Source of the DNA: Octopus bimaculoides
Taxonomy: Eukaryota
Direction: 5' to 3'
DNA: 56,581 nucleotides
Assembly: GCF_001194135.2 (NCBI RefSeq)
Contig: NC_068983.1
Location: 82,167,180-82,223,760 of the forward strand
The notes beneath the pieces are model-generated. The model was not told the origin of the DNA and made no database searches. It worked only from the letters and a program-made list of their open reading frames with translations. This document shows positions 1-10,455 of this stretch, in pieces (the first letter of the stretch is position 1; each line of letters starts with the position of its first letter). The translations under genes and the position numbers were made by a program.

Positions 1-160
1 AACACTGAACACATCTTATGTAAAGAACTTTCAATACAATAAAAATTACAAAAGTGGAGAAACAAACCACAACACATACCCAAGATACACACAACTGTGC
101 TCAGTAATGCAGTGAAAGCACATGATAACAATAAGACAATACTGAATGATAATAACAATA
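1..160 (+). mobile_element. 3' end of R4/Dong-type (RLE) non-LTR retrotransposon
   Basis: Opens with TEHILCKELSIQ* (cf. the R4-type C-terminal motif GTAHILRKxLS*), then a 3'UTR (cccaagatacacacaactgtgctcagtaatgcagtgaaagc) that recurs at ~37915-37995, then an AAT-like tail. Confidence 0.6.
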
Positions 161-528
161 AGAAGAGAGCTCAGAAAGCACAAACCTCCACCAAGGCAAC
201 ACTAATGTCTTCTCAGTGATTTGCCAGAGATGATTTTTAAAATGAGAATATCTGAAATAAACTAGACGACCCTCACAATTGAGAATACTAAAATTGAACC
301 TGATCGCTCTCAAAGATTAAGTAAAAGAAACAGGAAAAATAATCCAGAATCCTTGTCCGGTACCGGATCAATTTCCAAATCTAACCTGTTCATGCCAGCC
401 ACGTGGTCAAACATCCTTAAAAGTTTCATTTGAATTCATCCTGTGGTTCTTGAGATATCTTGTCCACGGGGAAACAGACAAATAAACACAACTGAAAACA
501 ATACGTCCGCTTTAGCGAAGGCGGAGGT
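161..528 (-). mobile_element. Non-autonomous Helentron-associated element (HINE, DINE-1-like)
   Basis: Minus-strand 5' end ttACCTCCGCCTTCGCTAAAGCGGA forms a hairpin. An inverted subterminal copy (ccttGGTGGAGGT, plus 184-196) is followed by a short decayed palindrome at the 3' end. It has a gtctgttt microsatellite-like core and a gatatctcaagaac motif, and sits between AAT repeats. The architecture matches DINE-1/HINE elements; family assignment is from memory. Confidence 0.6.
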
Positions 529-700
529 AATAATAATGATGATAATAATGATAATAATAATAATAATAACAACAACAACAGCAGCTGCAACAACAAAAAT
601 AACAATTATCACAAAAACAACAATAACAAATGATGATAATGTCACCATTGATGATGTTGATGGTGATGATAACACATATACAGAAAATAGAAATAAAAGT
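529..700. repeat. (AAT/AAC/GAT)n trinucleotide simple repeat
   Basis: Directly visible; it explains ORFs 436..846, 443..721 and 512..958. Confidence 0.9.
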
Positions 701-1136
701 AAACTGAATGGAGAATGTTGATTTGCATGGTTTAAAACTTTTCTGAGTTGAAACGTTATTAGGGATGGGGTTGTCTTTCTGGCCCCTAAAAAGATTTGTA
801 AAGCAATAGCGTCTAATAGCACAAGGCCTGGCATACATAGTAGCATGTTTCAAGTATGCTCCTGAAAGTGATCCAATCAGCAAGGTGTTCACCTGTCTCC
901 CCCAGAATGCCACAGAGTTTGCGTTTGATGCAGTATATATCGTTATATGATGTGCCATATGGGTAACATGACATTGTGTCCTGGGGCCCCCAGTGATGGT
1001 TGTAAAATTTTTAACGTAGGGGTAGGTACTGCATCACCAGCGATCGCATTTAGTAGTGCCTGCTGGTTGTGTGTGTTTGTGTGTGCGAATGTGTATGTTT
1101 ATATATATAGAGAGAGATATGAACATCGATAGACAG

Positions 1137-1192
<56 letters not shown>

Positions 1193-2162
1193 GAATGCAC
1201 GATGAACATCTTCCTGTTTCTGTTTACGATATCCTCACAAAGATTTTGTCAGCCTGAGGCTATAATACTTGGTGAAAATGACCTGCATTAGGACTGAACC
1301 TGAAACTACATTGCTTGAAATCACACTGCCACATCTTTAAAATTATGATTTCAAAATCGTGGAGTTCGTATGTAAAGTCAAGTTTTAAAATATCAGCTTA
1401 GCAGTAACAACTGTTACATAGATTATATGCAATGATAATTAATGACCTGTTATTAAAAAGTATAAGTCGTTTGCTTGTAAACAGAACTCAGCGTGGTAGC
1501 ATCAATGCAATACTAAACCTTAGCAGCTAGTGTTGTAATATGATTCTGGAAACATATCTTTCTGTGTAATATTGAATGTTCTCCTCTGTACTGAGATGGC
1601 ATCGATGAACACAGTTGGTAGCAATGTGAAATGAATTGTGGAGAAGAACTTGACTACGGATTAAAATCACCAGTAATTCAATTGAAGGTATATGAATATG
1701 CACATTTATATACGCATAATAACTTTATGGATTGCATTTCACACTAGTATGGAACCACTTCTCAGTACACACACACACACTAAAACACACATATGCACAC
1801 AGAAACAAGCACAACATATATATGTATGCGTAGATATATTTACATATACATGCATATCATGTATATGCATATACTTTTTAGCAAAGTAGACAGTTATTAA
1901 TTTTGACTTGTGATTGTATAATTAACAAACTTGCTTCCTATCATGTCGTCTTAGGTACATTTCCACTGCACGGCACTTTGGGTATGTCCTCTGCTACAAC
2001 CCTAGGCGAATGGATTTAGAAGGAGGACACTAAAAGAATCTTTATGCATATATATATACATACACACACACACACGTGTGTGTGAGAGAGAGAGAGTGTG
2101 TGTGTGTGTGTGTCTGTGTGTGCGTGCATATACATATATATATATATATATATACATATATA

Positions 2163-2751
2163 NNNNNNNNNNNNNNNNNNNNNNNNNNNNNNNNNNNNNN
2201 NNNNNNNNNNNNNNNNNNNNNNNNNNNNNNNNNNNNNNNNNNNNNNNNNNNNNNNNNNNNNNNNNNNNNNNNNNNNNNNNNNNNNNNNNNNNNNNNNNNN
2301 NNNNNNNNNNNNNNNNNNNNNNNNNNNNNNNNNNNNNNNNNNNNNNNNNNNNNNNNNNNNNNNNNNNNNNNNNNNNNNNNNNNNNNNNNNNNNNNNNNNN
2401 NNNNNNNNNNNNNNNNNNNNNNNNNNNNNNNNNNNNNNNNNNNNNNNNNNNNNNNNNNNNNNNNNNNNNNNNNNNNNNNNNNNNNNNNNNNNNNNNNNNN
2501 NNNNNNNNNNNNNNNNNNNNNNNNNNNNNNNNNNNNNNNNNNNNNNNNNNNNNNNNNNNNNNNNNNNNNNNNNNNNNNNNNNNNNNNNNNNNNNNNNNNN
2601 NNNNNNNNNNNNNNNNNNNNNNNNNNNNNNNNNNNNNNNNNNNNNNNNNNNNNNNNNNNNNNNNNNNNNNNNNNNNNNNNNNNNNNNNNNNNNNNNNNNN
2701 NNNNNNNNNNNNNNNNNNNNNNNNNNNNNNNNNNNNNNNNNNNNNNNNNNN
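2163..2751. other. Assembly gap (N-run) flanked by (TA)n/(TG)n; similar gaps at 11585-11712 and 38952-39596, plus several 10-N gaps
   Basis: N characters; all X-containing ORFs are artefacts. Confidence 0.99.
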
Positions 2752-2821
2752 TATATATATATATGCGTGTGCGTGTGCATATATATATATAACACGTGTG
2801 TGTATATATATATATGCATGT

Positions 2822-2960
2822 ACATGGTCTGATCAATAAGTATCCGGACTGTTAACATAGTAACGAAGCTAAAGCACGCAGAGTGAAGCTGCTTGGCACA
2901 GATTGACCTTGAACACTGCTGTGCATGCGCACTAAGTTTTAACGTTCTAGCTCGCTTCCA
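2822..2960 (+). mobile_element. Terminal fragment of a mariner-like element
   Basis: tacatGGTCTGATCAATAAGTATCCGGACT resembles mariner TIRs and follows a TA run; no partner TIR was seen. Confidence 0.4.
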
Positions 2961-3890
2961 TGTAATATGACATAGGAGGGCTCACATGAGAGATGCGAGC
3001 AAGTGCCAGCAAAGGAATGAGAGAGAGACAACCGTTGGATATACATAGAGAGTAAGTTTATTAAGGTAGTCAACTGTGTGTCTGTGTGCATGCGGTAACA
3101 TAAATAACACAATATATATATGACGAGCCGTCGCATAAACAATAGTATGTATACAATGATATGTGTGTGTGAGTGAGAAATACAGAATATGGAATAAGGT
3201 CTGTAACATAGACTATAAGATAAGAAAGTACTAGTTCATAAGATAAGAAAGTACTAGTTCATAGAAGAGTTACACAGTAGGTAGAATGTTCGTACGCAAG
3301 AGGTTGTGGCCGAATAGCAGAGCTGTGGTGTCACATGTTGTGTGTGAAGTTGAGCGTCGATGCTGTGACCGGTTACTTGGTACAGAAGATTCTCGCAGGT
3401 TGTTCTGGCTGTTATTTTCGAGGTGGAAACAATCCACACAAACAGTGGTGAGACGGAACCGCGGTTGCTGTTGGTAGCGTGTACTCTGGTGGTGGTGTTG
3501 GCGCTGGCGACGACATTGTAGTAGACAGTACATCGGTGGTGTTGACGTCGTAGGTGGAAACTGGCTGGAGCTGTATTCTGCGTGTGGTCTACGACTAGAC
3601 CTGAAGAGGCCTGAGGTCACGAAAAACTGGTGTAGATAAAACAGGGCTATTTATAGATTTTAAAAATGGCTCAGGAAACAGCACAAAAACTCTCTCTCAC
3701 GTGACCTTAATAGAAGGCCACGATTGGTTGATATGTACCCTGGTGCGAAACAGAACTGTTGACAAATGTCGCGCAAATAAGAGCCAATCAGGGTGATAGA
3801 CACAAGGGTCCAAGCGGCTGAAAGCTAGATGTTAGCTGCTTCGCTATCATTCGTAAATAAATACCCGAGAGAGAGAGAGCTTTCACTACA
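2961..3890 (-). mobile_element. Candidate solo LTR (unassigned family)
   Basis: TGTA...TACA ends. On the minus strand it has two CCAAT boxes, TATAAATA (~3648-3655), a CpG-rich body and AATAAA near the 3' end (~3056-3061). It contains an exact 23-bp tandem duplication at 3218-3263. No matching TSD was found. Confidence 0.4.
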
Positions 3891-3898
3891 TATGCATA

Positions 3899-3947
<49 letters not shown>

Positions 3948-3959
3948 ATAACGAAAGAG

Positions 3960-4071
3960 AGGGGAGAAAGAGAAATTGATTACTTTCACTAAACAAATAA
4001 TTTCATATTTGCAATTTTAACTTCGATTTATTTCGCACAACTGCTCTCTTGCGTTTGTAGTAAAGGTAAGA
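3960..4071 (+). promoter_or_regulatory. Candidate non-coding first exon and 5' splice donor of a host gene
   Basis: AAAG|GTAAGA donor at 4065/4066 in CpG-retaining unique sequence, followed by T-rich intron-like DNA. Confidence 0.3.
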
Positions 4072-4644
4072 AATTCTATATATTTTCCATAATTGGTATT
4101 TTGACTTTTGTTTTAAGTTAAGAACTGTAGAACTATTTAAACAAATTTCTGATTAATATAATAGTATTACTAATCATTACTTACAAAAAAATGTAGACTT
4201 TTATTTGTTGCACTTTCGGAATAGCTGTCTTACATAAAGCAGAATTTCTCAGTTTTTGTTTTTTTTTCCGAGTATTTGTCCACGTTTTATAATACATTTC
4301 AAAATACTGGCGGACTGACTTTCTTTAAAATAAAATATTTTAATCAACGCTTTTTAATCCTTTTCCCCTCCCTTCATCGTACCTTTGGAACACAAGCCAT
4401 TACTATTATTTTCTCTCCCACTGTTTTTCTTTTTTTGGCTATTTTTCTTCATATTGTAAAATTCCATATTTTGAAGCACTTATAATCCGTTCATCTTTTG
4501 TAGGAAAAAAATCTAGAAAATATATCATACATAAATCGGAATTTCAATGTTTTTCATTTCTTTTGGAGATTTTAACCGTTAAAATTAGAATGAAGATGTG
4601 GAAGTACAAAATTTTTTCTCTAAAAACACGTATTAAAAACTCCA

Positions 4645-4900
4645 CGCGTCTCCGGCACGTGGTGGTGGCGAACCCTGCTGTACTCTTTCACAACAACTTT
4701 CTCTCACTATTTCTTCCTGTTTCTGTTGTCTCTGTATTTCAAAGGGCCAGCTTTGTGTCACGCTGAGACTCCCCGAGAACTACGTTAAGGGTATAAGTGT
4801 CTGTGGAGTGCTCAACCACTTGCAAGTTAATTTCATGAGCAGCTTGTTCCGTTGAATGGATCAACTGGAACTCTCGTCGTCGTAACCGACGGAGTATCAC
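4645..4900 (+). mobile_element. SINE 3' portion (distinct family, tail ...ctcgtcgtcgtaaccgacggagt)
   Basis: Resembles a cephalopod SINE body and tail as remembered; this is the only copy in the window. Confidence 0.45.
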
Positions 4901-5023
4901 GGATCTTTACTGTATGTATACGTACATACAAACATGCACCCATATAACATGACAATAAAAATATATTTAACAAGTCTCAGACAAATATGCAGGAAATAAA
5001 AATAAAACAACAATAAAATTATA

Positions 5024-5404
5024 TGTAGAAGTGATAAGTATATAGGAAAGTAGGTTATACATCATTAGATGTATACCTGACTTTCCTATATAAAATTTAA
5101 AATATAAACGGAACGCTGAACTCCAGACTATCAACACTAACAACATTTATTCAGGTGGTAAATATATACATCTTTAGCTCTTGTTTGTTGTTACAGCTTC
5201 TGTGTGTGTGAGCATGGTTGTTGGGACGTTGGTATGTAGATGTAAGCGAGCTGTCGAGCGTAAGTCCGAAAGATGGAGAGAGACAGCTAAACACGTCCAT
5301 GCTCAATCGCTGGCCAGCAAGAAAGAGACAGAGTAGAAGCGGGAACGCTTGGTTGTTGAATTCCACGCATGCGTGAGACTACGCATGCGCACGGCGTTAC
5401 TACA
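5024..5404 (-). mobile_element. Candidate solo LTR (alternatively a promoter with NRF1-like GCGCATGCG motifs)
   Basis: TGTAG...CTACA terminal inverted ends. It is CpG-rich with two CGCATGCG palindromes (~5366-5390) and has AATAAA on the minus strand. No matching TSD. Confidence 0.35.
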
Positions 5405-6270
5405 AGTACAATCTATTTAACAAAAACGAATGCATTACAAAAATCAACAATATACTACACGACACCATCGAATTTGTGAAAATTTTGAGTAACAGCAACT
5501 GTGATGTGATAATCCTTAAAAATAAACGAATAACTGAATCGCCTTTATGTTATAACAGCATTTCTGTTACTTATTGGTTTGTTAATATCAACAGCAACTA
5601 CCTTTATAAATTCATCTAGATAGCGAATTTTACCTTTGATAATCAACTATTTGCTTCCAAAACGTTAAACTTGCCAGTCATTTTAATATAGCAAAATTAT
5701 GATGCATGCGAGATCATTGCTTTCTTTGATTAAATTTTTCTGAGAAGATAAATATGTTGTTAATACTTTTGATTTGGTGATGGGTAGTCTAGACTGTCTT
5801 ATTGGTTTTTATCTTTACATTTATTATGTAAATTAAATAGATTACTGTGTGATTTATATAGAGATGATGGGTTCATTATTACGCATAGAATGGAATTCCA
5901 TTGAGCAGATGGTTTCAGAAACTAACGATAATAGTTGATAAAAACTTATACATTGATGATATTAAACATGACATTTTAATTAGACACCATTTAGACAAGA
6001 AGAAAATATTGCAGTGTGTATATGTATGTATGTATGTATGTATTATAGTTCCAAACATTCCGCTTATATTATAACTAATTGGTGAAAATGTTAATATACG
6101 TTTATGCAGTATCTTGTCTGTTGCATTATCATTCACCAAGATAATATCCTGTTTTAATGAAATTTTAGAAGACATGGTTTTATGGATGACATCAAATACA
6201 TAACACATAATACATATATGTAGATATGTATGTTTGTATGTATTTATATATACATAAACACACACACATA

Positions 6271-6545
6271 TAGGGATCCGAATTCCAACTCCTACGTCCT
6301 ACTCGTGGATGGTGGAAAACGCCAAAGTAGGGGAACGTTTGGCAGGGTGAAGTATGGTGGCGCCTGGGCCGCTATGGTAGGCGTGAAGGCTTGTCAAGAA
6401 CCTATTAAACTGAAGGAGCTCTAGTACAACCATTCAGGCTGGCGTCAAGGCAAACGCTAAAAGAACTGGGTTTCGGAAACTCGATGCAGCTCCATTGGTC
6501 CAAGACAACCACGTGATGAGCCGTGGGGAAGGCCTTGGAGCGAAG
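6271..6545 (+). mobile_element. GC-rich segment resembling a LINE (RTE-type) 5'UTR, abutting the Gypsy truncation point
   Basis: Abrupt compositional change. gggaaggccttgg resembles RTE 5'UTR motifs. It replaces the integrase core and 3' LTR of the Gypsy element. Confidence 0.3.
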
Positions 6546-8250
6546 TGCTGCCATCACGCATCCCCTACACTGTTGTACCAGTCTCTCAATTTGCTTGTCC
6601 ATATTTGGCCAATTAACGTAACTTCTCATAAAGCTCTTCATCCGGACAATCTCCGGATGTCCAACATGAAAATCTTTTAATACTTTGTTTTGCAGTATTT
6701 CAGGTATTACCACTCTTTGTGCATATAATAATATCTCATCACATACTGAACCTACGTCACGCTCATTTATATTTTTTGTGTTGAACAACATATTTTTAAT
6801 CTTATTTATAAACCTATCATTTTCCGATTTCAATTTAATTTCTTCCAACGTTACCGGCAAATCACGTACTACATTGCACAAAATGTTCTTCAGTTTCTTT
6901 TCTAGTTTTAACGATGCAATCACCGTGTCTTCAAAAGGTTCCTAATATTTTGGAATCAGCCTAGACAACCCGTCTGCGTGTTCCATTTTCCTCGATGGCA
7001 AAAACTCCATCTGAAAATCGTAGTTCAACAGAGTCGTTCCCCAGCGCTGTAAGCAGTTTGCTGAGTGCGTGGAGATACCCTTTTACAAACCGAAAATAGA
7101 TAATAACGGTCAGTGATCCGTTTGCAGTGTAAACTTCCTCCCATGTAAGAATTTATGGAATTTTTTAACTCTTTTTTTCAATCTGGCTGTTGTTTCTTTC
7201 CGCTGGTAACAAAACTGTCGATGCATGTGCAATAACTTTGATTTTACCATCATTAAATTTATACAATATCACTGCTCCTATGCCATATTCACTGGCGTCC
7301 GATGCTACAATTATTTTCAATTTTGGGTTGAAATGAGTTAATGATAACTCTGAAGTTAACCGCTTTTTTAGTTCCTCGAATGATTTCTGACATTCGTTTG
7401 TCCAGCTCCATTTCGAGTCCTTCCTTAGTAATTTGTTCAACGGAGCTCTTAGCTCATACATTTTAGGTATGTACAACTGGTAATAACTTACCAACCTTAA
7501 AAATGCTTGTAGTGTTGCTTTGTTAGTGGGAGCAAACATTTTTTTTTTATCGCGTCAATCCTAGAAGGGTCTGGTTTTTGTCCTTTTTCATCGATCACCT
7601 GTCCTAAGTACTTTATTTTAGTAAAAAAAAAGTTCACATTTATCCTCCCTTACATTAAATCCATAATCACTTATTCGTTTGAAAACCTCTTCTATATGTT
7701 CACTATGCTGGTCCCTTGATTCACTTTTAATCAATATGTCATCCAGGTATGGGACCGCGAACTCACAATCTGCCAGCATAGTATCCATTACTTGCTAAAA
7801 TATTGCTGGTGCAACCTTCACCCCAAATGGCAGTCTTTTGAAATGGTACAGACCTTTATGAGTATTAATTGTTAATACTTTAGCACATTCTTCGTCTACC
7901 TGTAATTGGAGGTAGGCCTCAGACAAATCCAGCTTGGAAAACATTTTCCCACCATTGCACTTGGTAAATACTTCCTCTGGATTTGGCAGCGGATAATTAT
8001 ACTTTTTTAAACAGTCATTCAGCCCAGTTGAGAAGTCCACACATACTCTTACCTCGTTATTCTTCTTCTTTATATATACCGTAGGAGCCGCCCACTCCGG
8101 GTAATCCACTTTTTCAATTACTTTCAGGTCTTCCAATCGTTTTAATTCCTTCTCATCTTGATTCAACGCCGCAAACGGTACACTCCTTTTCGATTTAAAC
8201 ACCAGCACCACGTTTTTTTTTAACTCAAACTTTACTTTAATTTTTTTCAC
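6546..8250 (-). pseudogene. pol: pol fragment: RT - RNase H - integrase Zn finger
   Basis: ORFs 7795..8250, 7165..7539 and 6405..6923 carry the motifs listed above in Ty3/Gypsy domain order. Confidence 0.93.
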
Positions 8251-8329
8251 ACATACTGAGCTCTTTCGAAAAAATATCCGGGTACATCCTTTTCAGCTTT
8301 AATTTCATTTTTTCCGATGCTTTCTCTGA

Positions 8330-8739
8330 CACGGGCTGTGACGCATTCACCTTGTTACACAATGTATTCAGTGAAAAATATTCGTCAAAATATTTATCGT
8401 TTTCTCAAAACACAATTCCGCGGGCTTTCTCGACAAAATAAAGTTACAAAAACTTTCATGTTTCGGAGTAGCAAGCTTTCGCAAAAGGAGTCTTACCTTC
8501 CTTTCACTAGACCATCCCTTGCATTCCTCTCAGAATATATCTTCGTATCATCTCTAACATGCAGCAAAAGTAGTTCCTTCATCTGGATTGTACTGAAATT
8601 CTTCGATGGAATTTGCAACACCATCTGCTGAAAATGATTCTGTACTATTTCTCGCCTGCAGTAACAATTCTGTTAACTTCTGTAGTTGCTGCTGCTGCTG
8701 CTCTTGTTGTTTCACTACCGCTTTCAGTAACTCTTCCAT
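8330..8739 (-). pseudogene. gag: gag N-terminal fragment
   Basis: MEELLKAVVKQQEQQQQQ...SADGVANSIEEFQYNPDEGTTF, then a frameshift to KVRLLLRKL...FCNFIL; typical Mag-clade gag. Confidence 0.8.
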
Positions 8740-9593
8740 TTTTGGTGCTAGTAGAAACCTCGTCGCCACTGTTATATCGCAATACTACACAGTGGTTGTG
8801 TAAGCTGCGAATCCTCATCGTCACTGTTATGTCTCAATGCTACTGCTATCTAGCACCTTCGGATGATCTCTACTCAACCGCTACACAACTGCTACTCAAC
8901 TCTCTACCACGGCCAGACTACTAGCATACTAGCATGGGTTGGACAAATGCTTGTTATTGAGAATTTATTCTACGGTTGGGTGCCTTTTTTTTTCTGGTTA
9001 AGAGTAAACCTGTTTTTCCGGTGAGAGATATTTCATTTCACATATTTTCAAAAATGAAGTGCGAGAGAACGATTTGTTGATAGAGAATGTCACACATAGC
9101 ATTAGAACTTTGTACTCGATCGCGTTCATGCAAAGACATTGAGTGTAAACATTCACACAAACACACGCACACGCAGGCATACATGCGCGCATACAGACAC
9201 GCACATGCATATGCGCACGCACACACATACACACACGTGTAGAGACAAATAAACACATGATAGGCTTCCGTACATTTTCTGTCTAAGGTGTCATACGTTG
9301 AGATAGAATTTAAAACCATGTGATCATAAGGCAAACTTTATATTCATAAACCAACACAAGCTGCAGCAGCAATATCGTCGTCGTCATCATCATCATCATC
9401 ATCATCCTCATCACTGCCAACACCAACGCCACCATTATCATTATCATCATTCTACAATTGCCTTTTTTTACGTTAGTAAGAGATGCATTGTGTTCCGAGG
9501 CAGTGTTTGCAACCAGGTGCTGTTCCTGTCATTAGGAATTTTCGTGTTTCTTATGACATGCAACAACATGATGTACCTGTTAAGAAACAGGAT

Positions 9594-9624
<31 letters not shown>

Positions 9625-10057
9625 TTGTATGGATACACGCATACACATATATATGATGCTATTATAAAAGACATTTGATTTATAGCAACAAACGATATAA
9701 CCTCTTAACGAGTATTTAGAATGAAACCCAAAGGTATACTATATTCATTTTCTTGCATTTGCAAAATGAAAAGCATTATAACCCACAGTAAAAGCATGGC
9801 AAATCCTAATTCTAATATCTTTAAAATAACTATCAAATTTCTATTATTGTTTTTTTTTAATCTTTATTATTATTATTATTATTTTGTCAATTCGAAATAT
9901 ACTTTGACTAATTTGTGTCAAAACAGCTTCGAAACTTTTTCAAAGTATACATAAGCTGATTAAATGTAACTTTGAAAATTAAGTAACTGATTCATTTGCT
10001 ATAATTACCTGGGTGCAATAAACGATTTATTTTCGAAGACAATAATTGCTTAATGAA

Positions 10058-10455
10058 CAAGGCGGTGAGCTGACAGAAACGTCAGCACGCTGGGCGAAAT
10101 GCTTAGCGGTATTTCGTCTGTCTTTATGTTCTGAGTTCAAATTCCGTCGAGGTCGACTTTGACTTTCATCCTTTCAGAGTTGATAAATTAAGTACCAGTT
10201 GCGTACTGGAGTCGATCTAATCGACTGGCCCCCTTCCCCAAAATTTCGGGTCTTGTGCCTAGAGTAGAAAGGAATATCATTTATATTGTGAGTTGAAATT
10301 CCGTCGAGGTTGACTTTGCCTTTCATCCTTTCGGAGTCGATAATTTAAGTACCAGTTGCGTACTGAGGTCGTTCTAATCGACTAGAGGAAGCTAGTCGAT
10401 TAGAACGACGCCCCCCCAAAAAAAAATGTCGGGCCTTGTGCCTGGAGTAGAAAAG
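10058..10455 (+). mobile_element. Two tandem tRNA-derived SINEs with Deu/Nin-like central domain (family B)
   Basis: ggcggtgagctgacagaa head, GTTCAAATTCC B-box and gactttgcctttcatcctttcggagtcgataa..aagtaccagt core; the second copy is 5'-truncated. Confidence 0.85.

Larger units (their letters stand above)
6546..8921 (-). mobile_element. Truncated Ty3/Gypsy LTR retrotransposon, Mag-like (K02A2.6-type)
   Basis: Partial 5' LTR at 8825-8921. PBS TGGCGACGAGG (8758-8768) is complementary to the tRNA-Ser(GCU) 3' end. It has gag from ATG 8739, RT (WAAPTV, DFSTGLN, LDLSEAY, LPFG, YLDD at 7738-7749), RNase H (VASDASEYGIGAV, TDH, ADGLSR) and the integrase HHCC finger (H-VGH...C-RG-C). It carries stops and frameshifts and has no 3' LTR. 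Confidence 0.95.

Noticed and set aside
2016-2858. Long ORFs spanning N-runs (also 11433-11812, 38702-39628)
   Set aside because: Artefacts of gaps flanked by dinucleotide repeats.
6095-6150. Minus-strand KQDIILVNDNATD resembling the GT2/GALNT EIILVDD motif
   Set aside because: The key DD is ND, the donor is weak, flanking residues do not extend the match and no companion exons were found.
8758-8830. True CRISPR array
   Set aside because: Only two PBS-like repeats, eukaryotic LTR context and no cas genes; reported only as a PBS duplication.
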